Shown: positions 1-13,952 of the stretch, piece after piece | Layout of the letters: each line of letters starts with the position of its first letter | Position numbering within the stretch: position 1 is the first letter of the stretch | NCBI RefSeq assembly: GCF_009914755.1 | Contig: NC_060938.1 | Length of the DNA: 64,000 bases | Origin: the human T2T-CHM13v2.0 reference genome, Homo sapiens | Reading direction: 5' to 3' (one strand) | Notes under the pieces: generated by a model | What the model saw: the letters and a program-made list of their open reading frames with translations, nothing else | Told to the model about the DNA's origin: nothing | The model's database searches: none | Position numbers and translations under genes: made by a program

Positions 1-360
1 AAGGATATAAACTGATCAAATGCTGCTTCTGTGGGGTGTGGTCTTCTTACTGACCTTTTATCATTCTGAATATTATAAAGTTTTACCATTTAAAAAGATT
101 TCTTTGCCTTCTAATAACTGACTCTGAAATTTGTATGTGCTGCCAATGGGTGTAACAGGAACCATAGGATGAACCTTTTGGTGGAGGCAGTAAAACAAAC
201 TGTGGGAGTATTGTTAGTACAGCTTTCCTACCTTTTTAAAAAAATCTCAATTCAAACTAATTCACCACATATGAATGTAGATATGAATTGTTCAAAACTA
301 ACAACTATGGAGCAACTTGAAAAATAATTTTGTTCCTATACTTTGAGACTTTTTTCCCAC

Positions 361-657
<297 letters not shown>

Positions 658-1450
658 TTTTCTCACTAATCTTAATTTGATAATTCACAGATGTGCTTCT
701 TACCATTTTATGTCCAACCATAAAGGTTATTTCATCACACCCATTCTTGGCTGGCCTCCCTTAATGGTGGGAAGCAGACTGCGTATGTTCTTATACATCA
801 AGTTGAATTATGGCTGTGGAAAGTCACTCCTGCAGAAAGCTACTGGAGCCATCTCACCCAGATTCATGCATTTCCTTTTATCTCCTTAGCCCTGTTGCTT
901 CCCTCCTCAGCTAGGTCATGGTAGGTTGCCAAAGTTTGCAATAACTTCGCAGCTTCATTGTTTCTCTAGAAGTTTCCCTCTGCTTTGGTCTCTGAGCTCA
1001 GTGTTGACAGAGCAGCCTGAGGGTGTAGAGGAGACCTTCCTCAGTAGCTGGCTGACCCACAGTGACCTCTTCCTATTGATGAATAGTGGCTGCCTTGACT
1101 CCCTTGTACCCACTGCCTTACCTCCTATGTGGGCTTTTCTGAATTGCTAGCCTCTTGATCTCTACCAACGTTCTGTCTTCCAGGACTGAGTAATATTCTT
1201 CATCTGAGATCCAGGCTACCAGCCTGTTTGCCAATGGCGTTCCTATCCCTCTGAATGCATCTTCTTGTGCCCCTTTCTAGAATAATTGTCCTTAGTCTTA
1301 ACTCACTTGACCTGCTCCTGCGAGTGACCCTGTGGTCTCAGACCTGTTTTTCTTGGCTCATCTTGTGCTGCTGCATTCCTCAGAGAAGCAGAATTTATTT
1401 TCCTCCAAGCAGGAGTTGTTATGTTTTCCTTAGTTGTTTTATCCTTCCAC

Positions 1451-1785
<335 letters not shown>

Positions 1786-1854
1786 ATCAGGCCTATTTTG
1801 ACTTTCATTTATCACTCTGCTTCTCTAAAAGCTGGCAGCAGTGATGTTCTAGGA

Positions 1855-2030
1855 GCAAGAACTCTGGATCAGGAATTTGTATACATCCATATCCCAACCT
1901 TCATTCACTAGATCCTCAGTGACTAGGCCGAGCTACTTAATTTCCTTGAATATTTGTTTCCCCATCTAGAAGATGAATAGCCTATCCACATGATTTCTGA
2001 AGTAATGTCCAGCTCAAATATCCCTTGATT
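1855..2030 (+). mobile_element. MIR fragment
   Basis: MIR core-like sequence (gtgactaggccgagctacttaat...gtttccccatctagaagatg); boundaries approximate. Confidence 0.55.
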
Positions 2031-3229
2031 TGGGTAGTAAAATCGTCCTTATTTTTATATCAACGATATATTGAGCAAAACATTTGAACTGTTCAAAATT
2101 TCTGTTTCCTTAAATTGTCTTACATCTCATCTCAGATTAACTGTATGTATACATATTCCAACCCAAAGGCTTGACTTTCTCAGACTGGAGTGATAGCTAG
2201 CAGGTTAATTTACTCCGGTTCCTCCAAATGAAAAACCATGAACCATATTCATGGCTATGAAAACATGATTTAAACTTGCAGTACAGGAAGAAATACTTAC
2301 CTTTTGGGGTAGATGTAAACAGCCAGTCCCCTCTTTTATCATGTTCCTTTTCTTTGTATTACTTACTTTCAGTGATCTGGGACTATAATTCTTCTTCATA
2401 AAAGTTCATCCACGGTCTGCATTTCCTTTCCTTTTTACATCCTTCTAGAAAGTTACATAGCAAGATCTTGTTTCCTTAAAAATATTGTACTTATGTTATT
2501 AATATTTGATAGTAAAAATAATACATGCTCATTGTAAAAACTTAGAAAATACAGCAATGCTACCATTGAGAAATAAGTCACAATTAACATATTTTTGGAT
2601 GTTTATGTGGGAATATATTTTAACAAAGCTGTATGTATATGCATGTATGTGTGTATAATAGTGCTTGTATATCTATAAAGAAACCTTGAAATTATATACA
2701 TCAAACTAAGGCAGTGATTATTTCTGGAATAATGAGAAGGGATTTGTGGGTGGTTCAGGAGTTAGTCTGGGATATGTATAGCTTCAAACTTAGGTTTAGA
2801 GGACCCCTCATTCAACTCTGTTATCTGGAACTTCCTCCTCATTCTTGCCTCTTTAGTATCCTTTCTGCAGTTTCTCTGCCTAGTAAAATTTCAGAGTACT
2901 GATCACAATTTCAGATGATACAGAAAAGTCAGGATATTGAAAGAGTGAAGCCTCTGAGTAGGCAAATGTGGATGGGACATAGAACACAAGTGATACAACT
3001 GAACTCCCAGGGAAGAGGTGTTGTGCATTATATGAAGAAAGCATCTTCCTTCCCTGGGAATGTATATTTTGTTTAAGAAAATGAGGTAAGTATTCAAGTC
3101 AGATAGCTCCTATATTTTCAATGAAGGCAAAGTTTATCAGCTTAAAGTGAAGAGTTGGAGGGACTGTAGTTAAATGTGATTTCTCTTATTAAATCATGGC
3201 ACATAGTAGGAATTCAGCAACAATTTGAT

Positions 3230-4062
3230 GAATGAATGAGTTCAGCCATTCATTTCTGCAACATACATTTATTGAGCACTACTCAGCAGTACTGCATTAG
3301 ACAAGGAGCATAGGGCAAGGAACAAGATTGGCAAACTCCCTGTCCTCATAGAGCTTACATTGTAGTGGGAGAGAGTGGAGAGGTAAACAAATAACATTAG
3401 GAAGTGACAAATGTAATGAAGAAAATAAAGCAGTGCAGCAAAGGTTACTATTTTAGACAGAGTGGTCAGAAGCCTCTATAAGGTAGTGATATTTGAGCGT
3501 AGAACTGAATGGAATGAGGGAGTGAGGTGTTTGAATATCTGAAGTGGTCATAACAAGTGCAAAGGCCTTGAGTTGGAGACATGCTTTTTGCTTTTGAGGG
3601 ACAGCATAGAAGTCAGTGTGGCTGGAACAGAGTGAGTGCAGGGTGGAAAGAAGCGAGGTTGAGGAAGTGGTCAGAGATAATACCATGTGGTGCCTTGCAG
3701 GCCAGAGTAAATTTGAAATTATTCTTAAGAGTGCCAAGAAATCATTGTGGACTTGAGAATGGGGTAGTGATGTTTATAGGTTATGGTAAAGACTTTGGAT
3801 TCTTAATAGAAAAGGAAACACTGGGAGTTGGGAGCAGTGAGTTCATATGATCTAGTTTATGTTCCAGAAGGTTCGCTCTGGTTACTTGTGGAAAATAGAT
3901 TGTAGTGGAGCAGGGAGACCAGTTAGAAAGCTGTTGAAATAATCTAGGTGAGAAATAGTTTCTTGGTTTGGGGTGATAGCAACCAAAGTAGTGGAAAGTG
4001 GTTAGATTCTAGATAGATTTTAGAAATAGGGACAACAGGATTTGCTTATGGGTTGGATATGG
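3230..4062. mobile_element. L2 (LINE-2) fragment
   Basis: L2-typical strings (cattcatt...catttattgagcact, gagcttacattgtagtggg, gactttggatt); approximate. Confidence 0.7.
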
Positions 4063-4064
4063 GA

Positions 4065-4157
4065 TACACACACACACACACACCCACACACACACATATA
4101 CACACGTACACATATATATGTACGTACATATACATATGTGTGTGTGTATATATATAT
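4065..4157. repeat. Compound (CA)n/(TA)n/(TG)n microsatellite
   Basis: Directly visible alternating purine-pyrimidine tract. Confidence 0.95.
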
Positions 4158-4159
4158 GG

Positions 4160-5130
4160 AGAGAGTTGTCCCTGCCATATAAATGTAAACTTCATCAGAT
4201 TCTCCTAAACTAGGGAAATGGAAAAGAAAGCATGTCAGGTCAACAGCTGCAAACCAGGTGCCAGGAGGTGTGTTCATTGCTTCAGTAAATATACCACATC
4301 TGGAACTAAAGCTGTAATTGTTATCACCACCTGATTAAATTTGTGATAATTTATAGTCACTTTCTACAAGCTATCTTTGTTTTACACTGGTGAAACAGGA
4401 AAGTAAAATGGAGATATGGTGGGAATTGCCACCTATATCCTTCAAGTCTCTGATGGTGCCACTAATGTGTAATTTCCCTGGAATCTGGTATTGCTTTTTG
4501 TTTGCTATCTTGGTGGATAGTGATGTGAGATGGGATGAGGACAGTTTCCGAGATTTCCACTTGGCCCTTACTACCATTATCTTCCTCAGTGTACAGTTTA
4601 TTCCGTTATTACATGTATTTACTGCCACTGTACATTCTGGGACTAGGGAAATTATCAAAAAATGGGTCCATGTCTTACTAGGTCCACTGTTAAATGGTCT
4701 CAGGCCAAGATTCACTTGACTTTCATAATTCTTTAATTTGATTGATAAACGTCAGTGGGATTTGTAGTGGGTATCTGTGGATTAGCATAAGGTCAGAGCC
4801 AGTATGTAATTACCCCTGGAAGGTTTGAGTATTCCCCTTTCTCATACCTTTAGAAGATTTCAGGGAAAATTCACTGTGTATACCTAAGCCACATTGCAGG
4901 ATTCTTCCGCAGTGGGACTTTGCCCAACCTTCCTGTTAAGAGAGGTTTTGGACTATGAACTGGCTGGGGTCTGAAAGCTGGGTAAAAGATTGTGAACCTC
5001 CACTATAGCTGGTTAGGTTTGTACCAGAAGACCTGTAAGTTTTCCCCTATGTAAGCCAAAGAACACCCAAGCAAGCTGCCCATTTATCTCATCTCTAAGC
5101 ACCTTTAGGCATTTAGTTACTGCCACGAAT
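4160..5130 (-). mobile_element. Degenerate ERV-L (class III) internal protease/RT region
   Basis: Minus-strand translations resemble ERV-L pol: KGNTQTFQG*LHTGSDLM (protease DTG site decayed, ~4790-4840), ISLVPEC, VRAKWK, KKQYQIPG...TIRDLKD, NTPPGTWFAAVDL. Confidence 0.8.
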
Positions 5131-5459
5131 CCTTGAGAGTTAAAATCCTGTTACTACTATTCTGTCTCTATTGCTTATTGTGGTCATTGTATCTACCATA
5201 TCTGTAGTGGTAAATGGAATTTTACCACTCCAGGGTTCTATTATTCCCATTGGAATCAGTGAAACAAATTTCTTTGCTCCCGTTCCCCCACTGTCATTCT
5301 TTTCCAGCTCTGAGGTCAGCACCCACAAGGCTTTTCAAGGGTATTGTGCCCCCTCACTTATGCATTCTCTGGTCTCTCCAAGGGTTGGGACTTGACTAAG
5401 CACATTCCATATTGCAGACAAATTCCTATTTCCTGAACCTTAGAACTCATTCCTCTACA

Positions 5460-5637
5460 GCAATTGTTCTTATTGTGTAATCCATGCATGAGTGTTACCT
5501 GGGAACTTGTTAGAGGTGCAAGTTCTAGAACTCCACCCTAGGTCTACCAAATAAGAGACCCTGAGGGTGGAGCCTCAAAATCTGTATTTTTAACAAGCCT
5601 TTGGGTAATTCTGATGCATGCTGAAGTTTGAGAACCC
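5460..5637. mobile_element. MER5A-like hAT-Charlie DNA transposon
   Basis: acctgggaacttgttaga...ctgtatttttaacaagc...gtaattctgatgcatgctgaagtttgagaacc. Confidence 0.8.
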
Positions 5638-6359
5638 TTCACTTAGAGTATTCCTGGGTGTTCTGGCTAAGGCTGTGTGTGGTGAGGCCAGCAGCCACCA
5701 ACCCAAGGTCACCTCCATGGAGGAGATATGTGGGAGGCTGAGGGACTGTAATGGCTGTGGCTCCATGAGAGGGTTTGGGAGTCACAGCTGAGTGATTTCA
5801 GGGCATGCTTGAGGTAGGTGCATTACAGCATATGAGGCAATGTCACAGTATAGTCATTGAAAGAAACTTATGCAGGAGAGGACTGAGAGTCTCAGTTGGG
5901 GTATCTGACAATTCCTCAGCCAGTCTCCTCAGTAAAGGGAAGATAAGTGGAATTTGAAGATTTAAAATTGTCACTCTCATTCATACCTCCTTGCATGTTA
6001 ACATCCCATATTTCAGTTTTCTGCTTCTTGCCTACTAGCTTTATTACCTTGGTGCACAAAGTTTAGAGGGTACTTAATAGATACTGCAACTACTCTTTGG
6101 TCTGAAAGAAGTAGTCAACTGAACATACAATTTTTATAATAATTATTGTTGTCCTAATGACTTAAAGCTCTTTGATCTCCCAATGCCTTGTCTTCCACCT
6201 GAACATCATTCCCTGCTAACACTGGTGATATTTGACAAATTTTTATACCACCACATGCCATGGATTACCCATGTCCTATTTCAACCTGGCAAGGAAGTTT
6301 TCCTAGAATCCTTTATGTGTGTGTGTGTTTCCTGAGTCCATCCCTGGTACTAATTACTT

Positions 6360-6848
6360 TGTCAGTGAACATCCCAATCACAAACACCACTCAGCTTAGG
6401 ATAATATTTGGAGGTTATGATAAAGGAGAAATTTACAAAAATGTCAAAGTACAAGGAAACCAGAAATGATAATGCAGTATCCTGGGATTAAAAATGTAAA
6501 GCCATTTTCTACTCCTAAGTTTGAGAGAACAAAAAGAGGGAGTGATGACTAGAAGCTGAAAGAAAAGAGTTGTATAGTAATGGTTTTCTTGAAAGCAGTA
6601 GTGATCTTTTTACAAGGATCCTAGGTAGTTTGAGGAGACCCTTCATGAGGAAGCCAGAGGAATAAACACTTTGATTTCACTCTCCTCCTTCCCTCTGTTG
6701 GAGTTCCTAATTGGATAAACTTTATGAGAAGACAGAGACCAGGGGATCCTAAGGCTATAGTCTGTGCAGATCAGTTTCCTGAGACAGGGAGCAAGATGGA
6801 GAAGGGTGGAGATGAATATGGAGGTGCAAACGAAACATATCTGGCACA
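6360..6848 (-). mobile_element. Old ERVL-type LTR (LTR33/LTR16-like), probable 5' LTR of the ERV-L remnant
   Basis: Bounded by TG...CA (tgtcagtg...ctggcaca). A PBS-like attagtaccagggatgg lies adjacent on the minus strand. Family uncertain. Confidence 0.5.
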
Positions 6849-6849
6849 G

Positions 6850-7250
6850 AAGACCTTTCTAAAGTGACATTTGGTCAGAAATATGAATTGAGAAGGAGCC
6901 AGCCAGTCAGAAGGGCTGAAAAGGGCAATGGCCTTCAGGCTTGCTCAAGGATTACATGGCTGGAAAATAGGGAATGAGGGAGAGAGTAGTGGTGTGGAAT
7001 ATTTATGCTGGCACTTGATCATGTGGGGTCTTATGGACCATGGTGAAGGGCTTGATTTGCATACTAGGGGAAGCTCCTGGAGGAGTGATGTGATCTTATT
7101 TACATTTGTAAAACAAAAAACAAAAACTATGCCTGGCTGCCATGCAGAGAATGAGTTAGACAAAGGGCAAAAGTAGAAGCAGGGAATTAAGAAATTATTC
7201 TGCTCTAAGAAGAATAGATGATGGTGGCTTGCACTAGAATGTGGAAAGGA
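6850..7250. mobile_element. L2 fragment
   Basis: Purine-rich L2-type strings (gtgacattt..., gagtgatgtgatcttatttacattt, gatgatggtggcttg). Confidence 0.55.
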
Positions 7251-8007
7251 ATAGATAACTTATGAAAGTAAGGAAAGGGAAGGAAACTAACTTTTCTTAC
7301 TTTTGTTCTCCTAGTGTTCAGCACTAGGTATTTCTCATAGTACATATTCAGTAAATATGAAGTGATAGGGTAACTTTTTCTTATTCCGATAGACTGAGTT
7401 TATTCGTATTTCCTATGGCTAGTACAGTAGCAGCCCTATGGCACATGTTACTCAATGAAGACTATATTGCAAAGGAAGAATTTGAGAAGGCTAATCCTAG
7501 ACTTGTAGCATTTGAAAGCATATTAGGTATTATTTAATTTGATAGCCTACTAGGAGGAGGGTAAAACTGGGATGTTCAGTTGATAGTCTGGGGTGTAGTC
7601 AACTCCTGCCTTCTTCCCACTGCCTCAAGTTCATGTCCTCTTTAATCTCTTGCATGGCATTTTTTTTCTCACGTTATGTTTACTTCCTTAATTCTCCATT
7701 GTAATTCCTCTGGTGGCTGGTATTGTAGAGGGTGTAAATTAAACTCGAAAGGCACATTGACCTCATTTTTTTAGTACTGTAAGGAGGCTACATCTTTAAA
7801 AACAGTCTTTTGCTTTCATAAACTTGAGGGAGATTCTTCATACAGTGTTACCATTTTATTAAATGAAAAGGAGAACTTGCGCATAAAATTAGCATGTAAT
7901 TTTGTTTTGATAACAAATAGTAGTTTTATGTGTGGCTGAGTTGATTTACTGATTAGAAAGATGATTGTATTTCTGTAATTTAAAAAAATCACTCTTTTAA
8001 AAACTAG

Positions 8008-8470
8008 ATCAGCATCTCATGGAATACTTCCGGGACAGAAGAAATATTTGTTCAAAGTTCCATTATATGAACGTCAAATACGGTGTCCCAGTTTACCTTT
8101 GTATTTAAATTTTGAAAAATTCGTCCAAGCTAAGGGAGGAATTCCAGAAAATATTGATCCTCGGACATGGGCTCTTGATAGGCTCATTGAGTACAAAGAT
8201 GCGAGCATACCTGTAAAAGAGAAAGATGATAAAATATCAGTTCCTGAAGACCCACCTGAAAGAGTGAAAGAACCACCAAAACTAAAATTAAATGATTATG
8301 TGGAGTCTGATCTTCCACAAGAGGTCATTAAATATTATGAATCTGAAGTGAAGATTTTGACTGAAGAAATAAATGATAAGACAAAATATCCTGCATTTGC
8401 ATATTGTAGGCGTGGAGCTATTTATAGGAAACTGGGAAAGTTGCAGAGTGCCATGAATGATCTGCAGAGA
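8008..8470 (+). CDS. TTC6: TPR-repeat protein coding exon A (SASHGILPGQKKYLFKVP...AFAYCRRGAIYRKLGKLQSAMNDLQR)
   Basis: Acceptor ctag at 8004-8007, donor AGA|gtaagt at 8471. Open frame overlaps ORF 8048-8485 and ends in a TPR motif. Phase 0 end matches exon B. The 5' boundary is less certain because the upstream exon is not identified. Confidence 0.88.
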
Positions 8471-8779
8471 GTAAGTTTTCTTTAACCAAAATAGTAATAT
8501 TCACCATTTACACTTGCTTTTAATTGTATAGTAATTTTTGCTGAAATTTTGAACAATGAATGTTTATAGTATAGCATGTGGAATTATAACAGTATAATTA
8601 TTTGCATTTTCAAGTAATTAATATTAAAAACATGATTTTTGTTTGTCAGATTGGGAGGTTTTATTTTATGTTACGTACATACAAAGCCACTGGGATCAAC
8701 CGTGTTTTAAAAATTTATTTGATAGGATATCCTCCTTTAACAAATCAACTTTAACTGAATTTTTACATATATTTTCTAG

Positions 8780-8909
8780 GTAATACTCTTGGAACCATTG
8801 TTTCTCAATGCCTATTGGCATCGACATTTAATTTATCTTTTCCAAGACAAAATTAATGAAGCTTTGGATGACTTGAATTATATACATAAATATAATAAAA
8901 ATAATACAG
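8780..8909 (+). CDS. TTC6: Coding exon B (VILLEPLFLNAYWHRHLIYLFQDKINEALDDLNYIHKYNKNNT)
   Basis: ttttctag|G acceptor, CAG|gtgggt donor; 130 nt, phase 0 to 1; continues the TPR pattern. Confidence 0.9.
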
Positions 8910-9616
8910 GTGGGTTGTCTGTAGAGACAGTTATATTACCTACATTTTGACCTCAGCCTTTGTCATTTATTGGTACTATAAGGATACATAAATCAGTAGA
9001 TATATGTCCTGAAAATGACTTTCCTCAGTTAAATTTTTTTACTCTTGTTATTGTAAATCCGGGGCTCGTACAATCCTATAGTGTTTTTAAAATACCATGG
9101 TTTGAAAGGTTATTGTCCTTGATATATATTGCAGTAAGTTGGTTCCTTACTGCTCATCTCACAACGAAAGAATATGAATTTAAAATAGTTAGTTATAGAA
9201 GTAATTTACAAATCACTCTTTGATTTGTGTGATTTGATCACATCTCTCTGAGTTAGAGTTATTGTGCGCCTAGGATTACTTGGTTGTATGAAATCTATAT
9301 CTTTGCTCTTATGTACTATCCTCCAACCAACTTGAAGCACTAGACATGGAACTTTCTAGGAATGTGAAAATGTGATATTCACCTTTGTATCCCCAGCACC
9401 TACAACATACCCATAAAATAAAACATGAGCTTAATAAATGATTTTTGACCTGTGTTGATCTCTGCTAAAAGTCCATTAAGTTTTGTGTCATCACAACCTA
9501 ACCTTTTACTATGATGATTAAAGGATTACGAAAAAACATTTTAGACATATGGAAAGGTAAAAGGTAATTTTTGTTACTTCAAATTGAAAGTACCTTTAAC
9601 CATAAATGAGCATTTA

Positions 9617-9990
<374 letters not shown>

Positions 9991-10118
9991 CTAATAAGAA
10001 AGTGTAATAGAGAAAAATTATTTTGACTACATTTGTGGAGGGAGAGGGATTACTCTTAAAATTTTCATAGGAATGAAAGGATTATAACTCCAAATTTTAT
10101 CTTTTTAATTTTCTTTAG

Positions 10119-10291
10119 AGGCATATTTGTCAAAAGCAGAAATTTACAGGGGAAAAAAAGACATAACTTTGGCAATTCTAAACTATACCCAGGCAATTAA
10201 ATCCACGCCCACAGATGCTGATATCTATTTCAGGAGGGGTGAGATGTATGAAATAACAAACAAAGTACTGGCCATTGATGACTTTTCGAAA
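10119..10291 (+). CDS. TTC6: Coding exon C (EAYLSKAEIYRGKKDITLAILNYTQAIKSTPTDADIYFRRGEMYEITNKVLAIDDFSK)
   Basis: ttctttag|AG acceptor, AAA|gtaagc donor; 173 nt, phase 1 to 0; overlaps ORF 10127-10333; TPR consensus. Confidence 0.92.
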
Positions 10292-10879
10292 GTAAGCTTT
10301 ATCACATATAATTCTACCATTTATATAGTTTAGATTGCGATATCCTCATGCAAATAGTACAGCAAGTTTTTGAAGGTCTTTTTGTATATATTATATAATC
10401 AAAATTGATTTATTACAGGTTAGGAGCTAGAGTTTTCATTACTGGAATTAATATTAACACTATGTTAATTATTATTTTTTAAATGGTGAATGAATGAATT
10501 TACATCAGAATTGAGTGTGGAGGCATTGAGATAACATGTAGGGGGCCCAGCTTTTCCAGCTGCCTCCTCTGGAGCCATGCTACAGTGGTTAAAGAAGCCT
10601 TTGAAAATTGCTTCTTACCTTTAAACATTAAAGAAAAATATTTTCTACTTTTTAACTCTTGAATAGCTGATTCTTTTCTGCAGGGAACCTATCTGCTCTC
10701 AAAGAAGCTGTGCTTACTGGTTCGTTCATACGTTCATTCACTCATTCGCTTGCTTGAAACTATTTATTTACTATTATAAATTATGATATTAAGGCATTGT
10801 TACAAATTATGGTAAGTACTATGAAGGAAATAAGGATGGTGGGAGAGTAACTTATGTTTAGGAGATACCAGAGAATTGA

Positions 10880-11191
<312 letters not shown>

Positions 11192-12166
11192 AGGAAATGA
11201 ACTTTTAACTGAACCGTAGTCAAGGCAAAATATTCCCCTGATTGCAGTACAATTCTAACTCTGATCTCCTGACTTTAAACTCCAAATTGTTATTCCTTAC
11301 TGCAATTAAGAATTTAGAAGCAATTATTTAAATTATTTAAATAATTTAAGTTTCCATTTTCCCAACTGCCCTATTTATGAATCCATGACATCCACTTGAC
11401 ATTTTTCTGCTTGAGGAGAATATTATATATTTTGTTAACTTCTGGTCTAGAAATGACCAAAAAGCTCTTTTGAAGATGCTGAAATTGTTAGATTATCTAT
11501 TCTCTTCATTTCCCCTATCCTGCACCAATAGTTTAGAAATAGAGTAATGCAGTACATTGAGGTCAAATTTTGAAATCTTTAGGATTTTTTTTTTTTATTT
11601 TAAAAATATTTGGTCATCTCCTTTGTGTTTCAGTTCTTTTCTACTAACAATAGGTGAAGAGCTTTATAATTGATATATGATTTAGTCTGTTTATTACTTT
11701 GTATGTCAATGTAAAATGAATGAGCCATGCCAATAATAATTCAATTCTCTTCCCCATTTTAATGGCTAGATTAATATATATTTTATGTGATTGAATCAGC
11801 CTTGATGTAGTCTAATATGTTATGTCTTTAGGATAAAATGCTGAGATAGATCCAGTGAACTCCACTCTAGTTGAACAATTCACTTATGAATTTTTATCAG
11901 CAAATTTTCAGTGGGCAGAAGCCTGGGCTTCCTGTATATGCCGGTTTTTTTTTTCTCTTAAAAAATACTCCCTCTCTAGAATTTGATGATGGAAAAAATC
12001 TCCTAAAGAAATATTCTTTAGCTACAACTCTGAAAATTTTGACATCTTCAGATGGTTTGCTTTTATTAACCCGAAGTTAAAAACATAGTTTTAGATCACT
12101 TATGTGATTATATACTTCATTTTTTTTCATTTTGTGATGTTTATGTACCTCCCCCTGTCCCTATAG

Positions 12167-12303
12167 TGTATTTTTTATGATCCCAAAAGAACAGATGCAT
12201 TATTGAAACGTGGGCTGTTTTATTGTGAAAATGAAAACTGGTTTGCAGCCATAGAGGATTTTACAGCCTTGTTAAATATAGATCACCAAAATTCTCAAGC
12301 AAG
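12167..12303 (+). CDS. TTC6: Coding exon D (CIFYDPKRTDALLKRGLFYCENENWFAAIEDFTALLNIDHQNSQA)
   Basis: Pyrimidine tract plus ctatag acceptor, AAG|gtaaga donor; 137 nt, phase 0 to 2. Confidence 0.92.
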
Positions 12304-12642
12304 GTAAGAATGATTTTAGATGTCGTTTTAAAATTATTACTATTATTTGAAATACATTTTCAGAACAGAAAATTGCTTGAAATACATCAGACAGCTCTTT
12401 AAAAACAATGAATCAATTTTCAGTGCCACCAGTAAATGAAAAATCCTTGCTTACACCCTAATGGTGTCGGTAATTTAATGGGCATAAATGACAATTTAAA
12501 ATTGTTTCATTTGCATTTCCTAAATACTAGTTACATTATCAATTTCTAAAGCATTGCCTACCACCTTGCATCTCTTCTTCATATCCTTTGTACTTTGAGC
12601 ACAGAAAACTATTCATACAGTTTCTTGCAGTTATCTTTTGTT

Positions 12643-12885
12643 TACTTATTTATAGAGATGGAGTCTCACACTATCACCCTGTCTACGGTGCAGTGACGCA
12701 GTCATGGCTCACTGCAGCCTCAATCTCCTGGGCTCATGCGATCCTCCCACCTCTTCCTCACAAGTAGCTAAGACTACAAGGCTGTGCTTCCACAGCCAGT
12801 TAATTTTTCAATTTTTTTTTTTTTTTGTGGAAATGGGATCTCGCTTTGTTGCCTAGGTTGTTTTTGAACTCCTGGCTTCAAGGGA
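12643..12885 (-). mobile_element. Old 5'-truncated Alu (AluJ-like)
   Basis: Diverged right arm, T-rich linker and partial left arm. Confidence 0.85.
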
Positions 12886-12890
12886 TGTAC

Positions 12891-13030
12891 TATCTTATTG
12901 TATTGTATATTAAACTTCGTGCATTGTACAGTTTTCATTTGTACATAGCATAGTTTTCATTATCCTATTGTATTGTATATTAAACTTCGTGCATTGTACC
13001 GTTTTCATTTGTACATAGCATAGTTTTCAT
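12891..13030. repeat. 70-bp tandem duplication (2 copies, 2 mismatches)
   Basis: 12891-12960 vs 12961-13030 compared directly. Confidence 0.95.
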
Positions 13031-13488
13031 TTTGTTGCTTTTCTTTTAATCTAAATTTTGTTTTGAAGTGGTTTAAAATATGTATATAATCACGTCTACT
13101 GATCTTTTCAGTTGCAGTTTTTAATTTTAAATCATTTTTTAAAATATTATTTTATTTTAGTTTAAGTTCTGGGATACATGTGCAGAACGTGCAGGTTTGT
13201 TAGATACACATGTGACATGGTGGTTTGCTGTACCCATCAACCTGTCATCTAGGTTTTAAGGCCTGCATGCATTAGGAATTTGTCCTGATGCTCTCCCTCC
13301 CCTTGCCCCTGACCCCTGACAGGCCCTGGTGTGTGATGTTCCCCTCCCTGTGTCCATGTGTTCTCATAGTTCAATTCCCACTTATAAGTGAGAACATCCG
13401 GTGTTTGGTTTTCTGTTCCTGTATTAATTTGCTGAGAATGATGGTTTCCAGCTTCATCCATGTGCAAAGGACATGAACTCATTCTTAT

Positions 13489-13952
<464 letters not shown>

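Noticed and set aside
2295-2370. Two consensus donors on the minus strand (AAG|gtaagt, AAA|gtaagt)
   Set aside because: No convincing acceptor or partner exon; expected by chance in 64 kb.
2915-3085. Possible extra exon (tttcag acceptor, GAG|gtaagt donor)
   Set aside because: The longest frame hits TAA before the donor, has no TPR character and lies beside L2-like sequence.
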